64,000 nucleotides of DNA from Rebecca billardiae RCC1528 (GCA_965240325.2 OZ251255.1:558856-622855), one strand, 5' to 3'. Positions 46,701 through 59,212 are shown, counted from the stretch's first letter. The notes: generated by a model not told the origin, from the sequence alone. Translations and numbers: made by a program.

Positions 46701-47790
46701 TGGCGCGGGCGGCGGCGGCGGCGGCGGGCTCGGCGCCCGCGCCGCCGGCCCGGGCGCACACCGCCACCGCGGCGCGCGCGCCCGCCGCGAGGGGCGCGTC
46801 CGCGCACGGCGGCAGCGCGCCGAGCGCCGCGCCGGCGCGCGCGCACGCCAGCCGCGGCGCCGCCGGGCCGCGGCCGCGCTCGGCGGCGCCGCCGCCGCCG
46901 TCCGCGCGGGCGAGCGCGTGCGCCGCGGCGTCCGCCGCGGCCGCGTCGGCCTCGGCGGCGCGCGCCTCCACGTGCTGCGCCGCGCCCGCGGGCCCGCCGC
47001 CCCCGCCACCCTCCAGCGCCGCCAACACCGCCGCGAGCAGCTGCACCGCCTGCGGCCGCGCGGCGCGCGCGCCCGGCGCCATCGCCTCCGCGCCGAGTGC
47101 CGTGCAGCGCACGAGGTCGAGGGCGGGCGGGAGGAGGGCGGCGGGCCCGCGGGCGCGCGCGGCGGGCGCGCCGCCCGCCGCGCCGCCGCCGCCCGCGCGC
47201 AGCGCGCCGCCCTCCGCGGGCAGCAGCAGCAGCGCGGGCGCGAGCGCGAGCGCCGCGCGCGCCGCGTCGCAGCGCACGGCGAGCGACGAGTGAGAGAGTG
47301 CGGCGCAGAGGCGCAGCAGCACGAGCGGGGCGAGCGGGCGGAGGCCGCGCGCGCCCAGCGCCGCGCCGACGTGCGCGAGCAGCCGCGCCAGCGCGCCGCG
47401 CACGCCCGCGTCGCCGTCCGCGAGGCAGGCGAGCGCGCCGCCGACGATGCGCGCTGGCGCGGCCGCGAGCGCGGCCGGGTGGCGCTCGGCGAGGTCGCGC
47501 AGGCCGTGGAGCGCCTCGCGCCGCGCGACGGGCGCGTGGTGGTTCAGCTGCGCGAGCAGCTCGCCCACCGTCAGCGCGCGCCCCGACGTCGGCGCGCCGC
47601 CGCGCTCGGCCGCGTCCGCGCGCGCGAGCGCGCCCTGCTCAGCCACGACGAGCGTGCGCGCGCGGAAGGCGGTGGCGGTGGCGTTGGACGGGGCGGGGGC
47701 CTTCTTGCCGACGCGCTGCTTCTGCGCCTTGAAGTCCGACGCGCCGCCGCCCTTGGGCGCCGCGCCCTTGCGCTTCTTCGCGCCGCCCAT
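43798..47790 (-). CDS. TEX10: Pre-rRNA-processing protein IPI1/TEX10-like (Rix1 complex)
   Basis: N-terminus MGGAKKRK...DFKAQKQRVGKKAPAPSNATATAFRARTLVVAEQ...LTVGELLAQLNHHAPVARREALHGLRDL is typical of Ipi1/TEX10; long Ala-rich helical remainder. Confidence 0.85.
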   Translation of the reverse strand: MGGAKKRKGAAPKGGGASDFKAQKQRVGKKAPAPSNATATAFRARTLVVAEQGALARADAAERGGAPTSGRALTVGELLAQLNHHAPVARREALHGLRDLAERHPAALAAAPARIVGGALACLADGDAGVRGALARLLAHVGAALGARGLRPLAPLVLLRLCAALSHSSLAVRCDAARAALALAPALLLLPAEGGALRAGGGGAAGGAPAARARGPAALLPPALDLVRCTALGAEAMAPGARAARPQAVQLLAAVLAALEGGGGGGPAGAAQHVEARAAEADAAAADAAAHALARADGGGGAAERGRGPAAPRLACARAGAALGALPPCADAPLAAGARAAVAVCARAGGAGAEPAAAAAARATPPGRAPGASSARPQPQPQPPQQPQQQLTCAAVLLLLAQCWRAMADAEAHEAEGAAAGGGGAAAAAGAAGRAPGGASAASPRAHTGGGGGGGAAAGAPSSAPPPPLPLPLLLRCVLSVTAALRQQRQRARRGGGGAAEGGSHAARALALAAALPAGDAADAERAERALRALVLGALTAGADAGGGGRAAGGAAGAGGAAEREALWELGAALLSAGGGAAEAPARRPPAARQPQQRARERAAARAAAAADGGGGGAAALRAALSAALIAELGAHPRGGAGAALPAAAVHAATRLLPRGGAAAPSARADAALRRALFECAARHAACEPAPGAPPGESGGAAVRAACARGGAGVCALVCACAALTLPPALLPPHAHGAAPPPPPRAHARAAGDGGAADADATDADAAAADAAAADAAAERWRAALPRAAWESGMAAAAGGDDCARAGAQCALQLRTLRAAVLHSAAAAAAAPSARGAGGAEAARSAAAACAAHARALAPLFSARPRGAAAGGGGAVVFGPWASGGLPAAARAEALAVVCALPRPLPAALCTALARCCAHASVMGGAASAAGCAALAAAAAPPPGAPPAAAAGAWPPCVAALLSAAVSPTAFGSGADARRAQPPPPPPPERVRAADAPARWRAGGAAAPTAPAAQLGADGAEELGALVALAIDDGCARRALCAQACAALRAAALGAGLGAARAAVARALGAGGGAAAPGCCVLRAHADDEPPAGRGAAPEAWEAWAAPPEPAADADAADADAAACAEWSALCASLCAAEAQLAACAALAPAAPGGADGGAPGGADGGAAALDPIEGIALRCALQLLLGMPAHSRARAVRAGGAGGGWGWVGACAPVARALCAAPALARPLLAGLAAALDAGGARRPGAEGVDDGAHGAGAAAHAACCLLRCAELARLWASPALAPSWRALLRAAERARAAPATPRVAADACAALCADVSAALLLRGGAQLS

Positions 47791-48067
47791 CGGCGCGCGC
47801 GTGCCTCGCAGCACGTGGCAGCCCAGCTGCCCACCGGCTGCGCGCGCCCGGAGGGAGCGCGTCCGGAATGCAGCCGCCCACAAAGTCCGGCTGAGCCCGA
47901 CTTCGGCCCGGCTGGCCCCTCGCACACCCGGACTTGAGGAGGGCGCTGCCATCCTGCCAAAGCGCGTGTCCTCGCAGGCACGTCGCACGCCCACTGGTGG
48001 AGGCTTGCTCTGGCGAGCGCGGCAGCGGGGACAGCGAGAGGCGCGTGTCCGCGGGGCTGCAGGCGCG

Positions 48068-48874
48068 ATGAGGTACACGGCGCGCGCGTGGGCGCGCGCG
48101 GGCGGGCGGGAGGCGCTCGTGCTCGGGCTCGCCGCCGCGTGCTCGCTGCCGCTCGGGCCCGCTCGTGCCTGACGCGCGGCTCGCGCGCGCGCCCGTGCTC
48201 TGGCGCGCGCTCCGCCGCGCGCGCGCAGTAAGATCCAGACGGAGTACCTGAAGGAGTGCGTGCAGGCGGTGTTCGACGGGTGCAACGAGCGGAAGCGCAA
48301 GTTCACCGAGACGATCGAGCTGCAGATCGGCCTCAAGAACTACGACCCACAAAAGGACAAGCGGTTCGCGGGGCAGGTGAAGCTCAACCATGTCGCGCGG
48401 CCCACGATGAAGATCTGCGTGCTGGGCGACGCGTACCACTGCGAGCGCGCGGAGACGGAGGGCGTGGACTTCAAGACGGCGGACGGCCTCAAGGCCTTCA
48501 ACAAGAACAAGAAGCTCATCAAGAAGTTCGCCAAGCAGTACCACGCGTTCCTCGCGTCCGAGTCGATGATCAAGCAGATCCCTCGGCTGCTCGGGCCCGG
48601 GCTGAACAAGGCGGGCAAGTTCCCCACGCTGATCACGCAGCAGGAGGCGCTGTCGAACAAGATGGACGAGCTGAAGAGCACCGTCAAGTTCCAGCTCAAG
48701 AAGGTGCTCTGCATGTCCGTCGCCGTCGGCCACGTCAACATGGACATTGGCGAGGCGATCGACAACCTCAAGCTCGCCATCAACTTTTTGGTCTCGCTGC
48801 TCAAGAAGAACTGGCAGAACGTCAAGTCGCTGCACATCAAGTCGACGATGGGCAAGCCGCAACGCATCTACTGA
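48068..48874 (+). CDS. RPL10A: 60S ribosomal protein uL1 (L10a), 2 exons
   Basis: ATG AG|gt intron 48073-48228 ag|T AAG gives MSKIQTEYL..., then [24 protein letters not shown]...[25 protein letters not shown]. Confidence 0.98.
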
Positions 48875-50006
48875 GGCGGTGGGCGCGCGGGCGGCGGCGA
48901 GCGCGGCGACAGCGGCCCCGGGCAGCGCGCCGCCGCCGCCGACACGAGGCGGCGGCGGCGGCGCGCGGCGCCGGGGCACCCCGAGGCCGCGGCGCGGCGC
49001 GTGGCCACACGACGACGGCCGGCCACGCGCCGGCGGCCGGCGCGCGCCGGGCGTGGCGGCGGCGCCCGCACTAGGAGGCGGCGACGACGCTGCTGCGCGC
49101 CGGCGCGCGACACGACGACGACGACGACAACCAGTTCTTCGCGAGGACTCGCATCGGCCGACCTGACGACAGTGGTCGATGCGATGAGGCGCACCACCTT
49201 GTAGCTAGCAGCAGCCCCGGCTGGAAAGGCAGTCGGCATTGGCGCGTGCCACATGTCCGGAACTTCCTTGCTGGCGAGTGGCGAGTGGCGAGTGGAGAAA
49301 GTAGAAACAAATCCGGGCGCCACGGGCCCGCGGCCGAGAACGGCGTGATGGCGTCGCCGCGTCACTGGCAAGAGAGTGCTCACATCGCTCCACTTGCTCA
49401 GCGCGTGCCGGTGCGCCTGCAGTGGCGGGGCCCCGAGCGGTCGGACCCTGTCTGACCGCGTACTGCGGCGACGCCCGAATCACTGAGTGAGTGAGTCACT
49501 TACTGTCACGCCCGGGCGGAGTGCCCGTAGGCCGCCGCCGCCGAGTACGCGGCGCAGCCGGTGCGAGTTTCCGGGATTTCACACGTCATGCCGCTTGGTA
49601 GCTGGCCAGATGGTGGACTGCGCTAAAGCAGTGCAAGGCGTGTGTGCTGATCGCCGTGGCCCCCCGCCCTCGCCGCAGCTCAGCTGCTCTGTGCTGCTCC
49701 GTCAGAAACCGCGCGCGCGTTACAGTCAGGCCAAGCCTGGCGCAGCGCGCTTGGCCCGCCTGAGTCCTGGCGCAGCGCGGCGGCGGAGAGACGTGTGGGC
49801 TCGGGCGCGCTCACAGCGGCGTTCAACGGCGCCCATCTTTGCGCCCGGGCCACTGCGCGTGCCGCCCTGCCCCGCTCCGAAGCCTCGGCTGTTGCACGGT
49901 CGCCGTCTCGCCGCAGCGCTTCTGAAAGCTTGCACGCTGCGCACTGCGCGGTGCCTGCGCAGGCGGGTCCGGTCGCGTTTCCGCGTTCCCGGCGTCGTGG
50001 GCAGCC

Positions 50007-50190
50007 ATGGCGGCGCCCGCGCGCGTGGACGGCTTCGTCGACGCGGCGGGCGCGCTCTACGCGCCGACGACGGCGGCGGAGGCGCGCGCGCGCGCGAACC
50101 GGTGGCTTGAGCAGGCCGTGCGCGACCCCGACGCCCTCGCGCTCAGCCTCGCCGTGCTGCGCCGCGGGCTGGCGCCGCGCTCCGCGGACG

Positions 50191-50227
<37 letters not shown>

Positions 50228-51192
50228 GGCGCCGTGCGCGCCCGCGCTCGTGCTCGCGGCGCAGACGGTGCGCCGGCGCGCGCGGCGCGACGAGCTCGGG
50301 CCCGATGCGCTCGACGCGCTCGCGTCCGAGTGCGCCGAGCTCGCCCTCGCCGCCGCGCCGCTGCCCTCCGCGCCGCCCGCGCTGCTGCCTGCGCTCGCGC
50401 TCGCGCTGAGCAGCGCACTGCTGCGCTCGCCGAGCGCGGCGCCGGCGGAGGTGCTGGCGCACGCGGCGCGCGCGCTGCACAGCGTGGGCGCGGCGGGCGA
50501 GCGCGTGCTCTGCGCGCTGCTCAGCGCCGTGCCCGACGAGCTCAGCTCGCTCACCGGCGCCGCCAGCCCCGTCGCCGCCGCTCCGGACGCGCGCGAGCGC
50601 GCGCGCGCGGTGCGGTGCGCGCTGCGCGCGGCCGCGCCGGCGGGCGGCGGCGCGGCGCTCGCGCACGAGCTGCTGGCGAGCTGGCACGCGCAGGCGGCGG
50701 GCGGGGCGGAGCGCGCGCGCGCGCTCGGCGCGTTCCGCGCGTGGATCGACTGCGGCCTGCTGCCGCCCGCCGCGCTGCTGCGCTCGCCGCTGCTGGCCGC
50801 CGCCGCGCACGCGGCCGCGCGTGCTGACGGCGGCGGTGGCGGCGGCGGCGCGGCGAGCGCGACCGTTGCGGCGGCGCGCGAGGCGGGGCCGTTCGTCGTG
50901 GAGGCGGACGGCGACGTGGATGCGGAGGACGACCTCGCGTACGCCGCCGCCACCGGCGCGCCCCCCGCCTCCGAGTGCGCCGAGGCGGACGAGGGCGTGG
51001 GTGTGCTGTGCGCGCTGGCAGACGCCCTCGCTGCCGAGGCGACGGCGACGGCGGCGGCGGCGGCGGGCGGCGGCGCGCGTGGCGGGCGCGGGGGTCGGCG
51101 GGGCGGCGCGGGGCGGCGCGGGCACGGCGGCGCGGCGCGCGGCGCGGCCGAGCACGCGCCGCAGAGCGCCGCGCGCCCCGCCGCCGACCACG

Positions 51193-51228
<36 letters not shown>

Positions 51229-52780
51229 GCGGCGGCTGGGCGCGTGGCGCCGCGCCGCCGCCGAGCGCGGCCGAGGCAGCGCACGCGCGCGCCGCCGCCG
51301 TCGAGCTGCTGGCGGCGGTGGCGAGCGCGGCGCGTGAGGCGCTGCGTGAGGCGCGGCCGGCGGTGGCGGCGCGCCTCGCGCGCGCGCTCGTGCATGTCTG
51401 CGCACGCCTCGGACCTGTCGCCCTCGCGGTCGGCGCGGACGGCGGCGGCGGCGGCGGCGGCGCGGCCGCGGGCGGCGCGGCGGGCGAGGCGGCGGGGCGC
51501 GCGCTCGCCGAGAGCGTGCACGCGCTGCTCGAGGGCGTGGAGTGCGCGCGCGCGCGCACGGCGCAGGCCACCGTGCTTGGCGCGCTCCCGTCCGTCTGGG
51601 CCGCGCTGCGCGCCGCCGCGGACGACGGCGGCGGCGGCGGCGAGGCGGCGGCGGCCGGCGCGGCGGGCGGCACGGCCGCGCGCCGCGCGCGCCGGCGCGC
51701 GCTGCTTGCTGCGGCCGCGGCGCCGTGCGTGCCGCGCGCGGGCGCGTGCGCGCTGCTCGACGCGCTGCTGCGCGCGGGCGCGTGGCCCGCGCTCGGCGTG
51801 CCGTGTCACGCCGCCGAGGCCGCCGCCGCCGCCGCCGGCCCGAGCGCCGCCGCCGCCGCGGCCGCGCGGCTGGTGCGCGCGCGCGGCGCGCACGGCGGGT
51901 GTTGCGCCGTGCTGGGCGGCGCGGCGGCGCTCGCGGACGCGCGCGCCGCCGGCTGCGCGGGGTGCGCGGTGCTCGCGCTGCCGGCGGGGGCGGAGGTGGG
52001 CGTGGACGCGGAGGGCGAGCTCCTCGCGCTCGGCGGCTGCTACCCCCACGCCGCACCCCACAGTCCGGACGAGTCCGGGGGCGCCGAGGCCGACGCGTTT
52101 TTCTGCGCGGCCGCGGAGGGCGCGCGCGAGGCGTGCCGCAACGCGCTGCGCTGCGTGCTGCTGCGCCCGCCGCCGGGGGGGGGCGCGGAGGGGGCGGAGG
52201 CGGAGGCGGAGGGGGCCGTGTGCGTGGAGGTGGTGGGCGTGCTGTGCGCGCGCCTCGACGCCGAGCTCGACGCCGCCGCCGCCGCCGCGCACAGCGCGGC
52301 GCACGGCGGCACCGCCGCCGCCGCCGCCGCCGCCGCGCTCGGGCGCGCGCGCTGGCGGCGTGCTGAGTCCGCGCTGCATGCGCTTTCGGCCGCCGCCAAG
52401 CCGCTGGGCGGGAGGGCGTGCGCGCCGCTGGTGCGCGCGCTGCAGCGCGCGGCGGCGTGCGCGCCGTGGCACCGCGCGCTCGGCGCGGCGCTCGGCACGC
52501 TCGCCGGCGCCGCGGCCGACTGGGCCGCGGCGCGCGCGGCCGCGGGCGAGGGCGGCGCGCTGCGCGCGTGCGCGGCGCTCGCGCTGAGCGCGCTGGGCTG
52601 GGCGGAGGTGGGTGCGTGTGCGCCGCGCGCGCCCGCGCGGCTGGAGGGCGGCGCGAGGGTGGCGCTGCGCGTGCGCGACGGCGCGGACGGCGCCGCCTTC
52701 TCGCTGCGCACGCGGCAGGACCACGCCGGCGCCGTCGCGCTCACCAAGCTGCTCAGCGCAGCGCAGCGCGCACGCGGCGC

Positions 52781-52812
<32 letters not shown>

Positions 52813-54522
52813 ACGGCGGCGGCGGCGGCGGGCCGAGCGCGCCGCTGCTGCCGCTGCCGCCGCACGGGGCGCACGCGCTGCTCGCGTGCGCGGCGGCGCG
52901 CGTTCTCGACCCGCTGAGTGGCGCGGCGCTGCAGAGCGCGCGCTCGCGCGCCCTCTGCTGCGCCGCCCTCTGCGCCCTCGCCGCTTCGCAGCAGCCCGGC
53001 GACGCGGCCGGCGCACGCGACGGCGGCGCCGCGGCCGCGCTTGCGGGCGCACTGTGCGCGCAGGCGGCGCGGCTCGCGGCCGCCGAGGCGGCGGGCGGCG
53101 GGAGCGAGGCGGAGGGCGCGGAGCTCGGCGCGCTGTGCGCCGAGCAGCTCGCGCTGATGGCCGACGCGGCCGCGCGGCTGCCGCACCCCGCCGCGCTGCG
53201 CTGCTGGCTCGAAGCGTGGCCGGCGGCGCGCGCGCTCGGCGGCGCGCCGCCGCCGGCCGCGGCGGGCGGCGGCGCGGCGGCCGCGGCCGCGGCGGGCGGC
53301 GCGGGCCGCGCGCACGCCGACGCGCGCGCGCGCGCGCTGTGCGAGCTGGTGGGCGGCGCGCTGCGCGCGGGCGCGCGCGCGGGCGAGCCCGGCTGGGCGC
53401 TCGCGCGCCAGCTCCTCGCGCGCGCCGCGCCCGAGCTCGGCGCCATCGCGGGCGCGCGCGGCGCAGCGCACGCGCTCGGCGCGGCCGCGGCCGCGTGCGC
53501 AGCGCTCGCCGACGCGCCGCCGCCGCCGCCGGTGGCGCCGCCGCCGGGGCAGCAGCCGGGGCAGGGCGGCGCGGAGGGCGAGGGCGAGGCGGCGGTGGGC
53601 GCGTGGGTCTGCGCGTGCGCCACGGCCGCCGCCGCCGCGCTCGGCGCCGACGACGACGCCGCCGACGCCGCCTCGCTGCGCGTGCGGCCGCTGCCGCCGC
53701 CGCCGGGCGCGCGCGCGCGCGCCGAGCGCGCGGCGCTCGCGCGCGCGCTGCTCGGCGGGCTGGCGCCGGCGGCGCTCGCGTCGGAGGCGGGCGCGCGCGC
53801 GCTCGGCGCGCGCGGCGCGCACGCCCTCGCCGCCGCGCTCGTGCGCTGCGCCCGCACCGCCGCGCCCCCCGCCGCGTCGCAGGACGACGTGGCGGAGGCG
53901 CGCGCCGCGCTCGGCCTCGCCGCGCGCGCGCTGCCGGCCGGCGGCGCGCACGGCGCGGCGCGCGCGCTGTGGTGGGGCCCGCACGCGCTGGGCGGGGTGC
54001 TCGGTGCGCGCGGCCCCGCGCGCGCGCAGCCGCGCGCCCGCGCGCGCAGCCGCGCGCCCGACCTCCGCCCGCCCCTTCCTTCTCACCGCCCCGCGCGCGG
54101 CCGCGCGCGCACGGCACGGCACGCGTGTGCACGCGTGCGCAGGCGCGCGGCTGTGCGGCGCGCTGCTGTGGGCCGCGTGCGCCGGGCTGCCGGCGTGGGT
54201 GCTCGGCGACGTGGCCGCGGCGCTCTGGGCGCTGGCGCACGCGGCGGGCGCGGCGCGCTTCGCGGAGTGGCTCGCCCTCCTCGCCGCGCTGCCGCCCGAG
54301 CACCACGCCGCCGCCGCGGCCGCCGCCGCCGCCGCCGCCGCGCCCGACTGGCCGCGGCCAGAGATGGCGGCCGCGGCGCGCGCCGCAACGGTCGAGGCCC
54401 TGAGCGGGCCGCGCGCCATGGCCAACCGCACGCACTTCAAGGCGGCGCTCAAGCAGCTGCGCGGTGGCAAGGCCAAGGGCGAGGGCGGCACGCCCGCCAA
54501 GGCCGGCGGCTCTCCTTGGTGA
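50007..54522 (+). CDS. Importin-beta family HEAT-repeat protein (transportin-3/importin-13-like)
   Basis: N-terminal ALY...RARANRWLEQ...LAAQTVRRRA, internal WRRAESALHALSAAAK, intron ~53996-54142, last exon ending HFKAALKQLRGGK...SPW*. Confidence 0.65.
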
Positions 54523-54750
54523 CCCAGGCCGGCAGCCATGCTGAATTGCTGACGCCACTGCGCCCGTCATGGTGCGTAACGAAGCCGTTCAGAGTTCGTC
54601 AGACGTTGCGCCCGCACGCGGAAGCTGAAAGCGCAGCGGAGGAGGGCGCGCGCGTTCAATCGACGAGCGTCGTAGGCGCCAAGAACGGCTTCCGGGCCGC
54701 GCAACGGCCCCCGCCCGCGGCGGGACGTGCCGCGCTGCACCGAGGCACGG

Positions 54751-55561
54751 ATGACCCGGGAGGGCGTGCACAGCCGGCGCATGCCGGGCCAGTACGGCTC
54801 CAACGGCCTGCGCGCCGACGGCACCTCGTTCAATGTGCGCGCGGCCGCGCGCGCGCGCGCGCGGCAGGGGCGCGATGTGATCCGCTCTGCCGCCTCCGCA
54901 CGCGCGCGTGCCCGGCGCAGGTGGGCAACAAGCTGGGCCAGCGCCCGTCGATCCGCCTCTTCGCCGAGTACAACCAGGGCGCTGCGATGGAGGCGCTGCT
55001 CGCGCAGGCGGACGAGATTCCGATCTCGGACCTAGGGCGCAGGGAGCTGCCCGCGCACGCGGAGGGGGTGGCGGGGGCGGGGGGCGCGTCGGGCGGCGTG
55101 GAGGCGGCCGCGCCAGCCGCCGCGCCCGCGCCGCCGCCGCCCGCCGCCGCCCCCGCGCCGCGCACCGAGCTCGACCTCGAGTGGGGCCAGCAGCGGCTGC
55201 TCGGCGCCGTGCGCGCGAACCGCGCGCGCGACCTGCGCGCGGCGCTGGAGGACGGCGCGGACGTGAAGCGGGCGGAGGCGGGGACGGGGTGCACGCCGCT
55301 GCACGTGGCCGCGGAGTGCGGCCGGCCGCGCATGTGCGAGCTGCTGCTCGAGCTTGGCGCGGTGCGCGCGCCGCCGCGCCGCGCGCGCGCAGCCCGGCGC
55401 CGCCAGGCCGCCTCTGACCCCCCGCGCCGCGAGCCCCCGGGGTGGCGCCGTGGCGCGCGCCGCGGCCGCAGGAGGTCGACGTGCGGAACAAGGCGGGGGA
55501 GCGGCCAGCGGACGTGGCCAAGACGGCGGAGATTCGCGAGCTGCTCAAGATCAAGTGCTGA
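54751..55561 (+). CDS. Small ankyrin-repeat protein, 3 exons
   Basis: LLGAVRAN...LEDGADV, TGCTPLHVAAECGRPRMCELLLELGA/EVDVRNKAGERPADVA. Introns ~54834-54920 and ~55362-55471. Confidence 0.85.
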
Positions 55562-56022
55562 TCGGCGGCGGCGCTCCAAGTGCGCGTGCAAGACGACGCC
55601 CGGTTTGCAGCTGCCGTGACTCATCAGGCTCAGCTGACGCCTGACTGACCGTCGCCCGCACCCGTCCGGCAACCGCCGGGCGCCGATTTGTTCCGGCTCC
55701 TCCCCAGAGCAGGTCGTGGCTCGAATAAAAAGGAATAAGGGCGGAGGAAAAAATGCCCGCCCGGCGCGGCCCGCGCGCCGCGGTTTTCGACAGGCGTGAG
55801 TTCCGGCTGCCGCTCTCGCCGCGGAGGCGCCTCGCCGGGTGCGCTGCGCCGGCCCGGGGCGGCGCCACAGCCACACAGCACGGCTCATGCAGCGGCCGCC
55901 TGGCACCGAGTTGTATGATAACGAGTGGATCAGTCGGTCTGGGTCACATCCTCGCGGGAGTCACACTGCGTACGCGGATCTGAGGCCGGCCGCGGGTCGC
56001 CGGAGTCGCCGATGCAAGCGCG

Positions 56023-59000
56023 TTACGAGTGCGGCGCGATACGATGCTGATGGCGACGGGCACTCGGGACGGGCGAGGCGGGCGGCGACGACGAGTGGGA
56101 AGAGCAGCCGTCATCACTCGGGGCATCGTCCGGGAGGAAGAACATGGACGTTGTGCGCGGGCGGACGCGCACGTTGTCATCCTCGCCGTGGTAGTCCTGC
56201 AGAGCGACGGCGTCGAGGGTGCGTACGCGATGACGCCGCCGGTAGCCGCTCGCATTCTGGCTCGGCCTGCGCACTTGTCGCGCGAGGGCAGCCGCCACGC
56301 GCTGCCGCCGCTTGTCGGGCCCTTCGTCCTCGCCAGCGGCGGTGGACGGAGCAGCCAAGCCCTCGCCGCCAGGGAGCGACTGCGACCTCTGCTTGGCGCG
56401 ACCGCCGCCGAGCTTCGGGGCGGACATGGATGGGGCGAGGTCCGGCACGCGCGCCTCAGCCTCCGCGGCAGCCGCGTCGGCGTCGAGCGTGGCCGGCGCG
56501 GCTGCCGACAGCTGCATGAAGCTCTCGAGCACCCGGACCACCCCCTTCACGCCCTTCTCGTCCTTGTCCACGCTCAGGTCGAGGCCGGCGCTGTCAAACT
56601 CGTCGCGCTCCGGGCAGCCGACCGGGTCGCCCGTCATGCCGATGATCATGCCGCTGAAGCCGGCCTCGCGCAGCTTGCGCGTCGCGACGGTTCCGCTCAT
56701 GTGAGGCATCTGCCCCGACAGCGAAGGGGCGCGCGTGTGATGGCAGCGCGGGCACAAGAGGCACGGTGAGCGGCAAGGGTGCTGGCGCTCGCCCGAGCGC
56801 GCCTGCCCGTGCCTGCCGCCTCCAGCCGCGCGCGCGCGCGCGCGCGCGCGCGCACACCTGGTTGTCCATCACGATCACATCGTACTGCGGCCCGTCCACG
56901 ACCTTCTGCAGCGCCTCGGCGCCATGCCACGCGCAGTCGTACTGGGCGCCAAGGCGCTCAAAGACGCGGCGGGGGAAGGTGCGGTGCAGGATGCGGTCGT
57001 CGTCCACGTAGAGGCAGCGGAACGAGGGTGGAAACTCGAAGCCCTCGAGCTCGGGCCGGCGCTTCGGCCCCTTGGCGGGGCGAGCCGTGCCGGGCGTGTC
57101 GGCGGGATGCGTCAGAGCAGCAGTGGCCGCCGCCGTCACCGCCACCGGCTGCAGTGAATGCTCGCCGGCTTCGACAGTCGACGCCGAGGATGCTGCTGGC
57201 GGCTCGCACCGTCGAGCTGGTGTCGACGGCTCTGCGAGCCACAAGTTGAGCCGGAGCTCGAGCGTGGTGCCCTGCCCCGGGCCAGCCGAGTTGATGCGAA
57301 GCGTGGAGTCGTCGTGCAGCTGGAGCAGCTGGCGCGTGATGCTCAGCCCAAGCCCCGTGCCCCCGTTGCCCTCCATCTGCCCCTTGCCGACCTGCTGCGA
57401 GAAGGGCTCGCCCTTGCGCAGCTGCTCGAGCTCGTCTGCGCCCAAGCCGATGCCGTTGTCCTTGATGGCGATCACGACGGTCCGAATCCCGGGCATCGCC
57501 GCGGGATGGCGCGCACACGGACTGCTCGACTCGTTGCCAGCGTGGCGTGGGTGGAGCTGGCCACGCGTGCCCTCCGTGCGCGCGCTCAGCGTGACGGTGC
57601 CCCCGCTCCTTGTGAACTTGAGCTGTGCGCGGGATGGATGGGGGGATGGATGCGCGCTGCTCGTCGAGTCAGCTAGGGCAGCAAGCGCAAGGCCTCGCCG
57701 AGCGTGCGCACGTGCCCACCGCGGGGCAGCGCGCGGCTGCGCGGATGTACTGTGCAGCGGTGGGAGGGGGGCGCGGATTGCGCGCGCGGCGCGCACCGCG
57801 TTTGAGAGGCCGTTGTTCACGCACTGCTGTAGCCGGCGCACGTCCGCGATGAAGGGCGTGTTGGCGAGCTCGTGCGTGATCGGCGCGTGGTGGATCGCCA
57901 CGCCCTTGGCCTCGGCGAGGCCCTTGAACGTCGTGCTGGCGTCGTCGATCAGCTGCGGCATGGTGAACGGCGCGGGCACGAGCACCTGCCGGCCGCTGTC
58001 AATCCGCTCGAAGTCGAGCATGTCCGAGATGATGTGCTGCATGAGCGTGGACATCTTGCCCATGGCCGCCACCAGCTCGACCACCTCGGAGCTGCCGACC
58101 GGCGTGGTCGCGTCCAGCTCGTCGAGCATGGAGACGACGTTCGAGACGGCGAGCAGCGGCGTCCGAAGATCGTGCATCACCATACGGATGAGACGGCTGC
58201 GAGCCTGCTTGCCCGCCTGATTCGTCCCGAGCTGCAGCCGCTGCGCCGCCTCGACACTCTCAAGCTCTTGTGTGGTTCGCATCGCGCTGCTCGCATCGGA
58301 AGAGACGCGTGCCGCCGTGCGCTCAAAGTGGAAGTTCGAGCGGTGGGAGACGAGGAGCGAGAGCCTGCCCATGAGCATCGCCAGTACGATGAGCACGAAG
58401 ATGGCCGTTGTCTCGACCGCCTGGCGCACTGCGTGCACGGCGAGATCGTCACCTGGCGCGGCCCTCGCCATCGCGAGCGCACGCCTGAGGTTGAGCGCCG
58501 CGAGAATGCCCTGCTGGAGCACCAAGTACGCGCTCAGCGTACACGCGGCGACCGCCTGCAGCGGGAGGAACATGGCGGCAAAGACGGGGATCACGACCAC
58601 GTGCGCAGTCGCATCCCGACACACAACCCACCGGGTGGGCGTGTGCGGCGGCGGCGGAGCATCATCGGGCGGGGTCTGCGCGAGCAGCGTCGTGGTCCCG
58701 GGCGCCAAGAAGGCAAACGCTGCCAGAATAACTGCGAGTCCGACGAGTGAGGCAGTCGTCAGCACGTCGATGCTGGCAACGGTGATGCTGTGTGCGTTCT
58801 GCGCGGCAGCACCGAGAGCCACCAAGCCCATGGAGACGAGCACAGCGAGCACACCCAGCCAGCACGACGTGTTGTTGGAGACGGCCTCGTTGGCAACGAA
58901 GAACCTCATGGTACACTCCGCCGCGGTCACCACTGCGAAGAAGAGGGCGAAGAGGACTCCGGATAGCAGCAGGCGTCGTGCGTACAGCGCACGCAGCTCC

Positions 59001-59212
59001 GTGCTGTACGCGCGCTCGTCCTGCTCGTCGGCAAAGCTGAGCGCGCGCGTGAACTTGGGCGCGGGCACGTCAAACGTCGGGAGCGTGTCTGATGATGGTG
59101 TGGATTGCTTCGGACTCGACGAGGAGGAGCTGGCATCAGCAGTGTGAGTGGTGCCGGGGACGCACTTGACGTCAGCCGGGTGGCCTTCAGGATGCACCTC
59201 CGCCGAGCGCAT
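56023..59212 (-). CDS. Membrane-bound hybrid sensor histidine kinase (multi-TM, HisKA, HATPase_c, receiver)
   Basis: H-box MVMHDLRTPL, N-box NGLSNA/LKFT (intron ~57796-57624), DNGIG, GGTGLGLSI, receiver LYVDDD...YDVIVMDNQ/MPHMSG...IIGMTGD (intron ~56857-56710). First in-frame ATG at 59212. Confidence 0.92.

Noticed and set aside
50007-55619. Single 1870-aa importin-ankyrin fusion ORF
   Set aside because: Read-through across introns and intergenic DNA; splice signals and a stop at 54522 support two separate genes.
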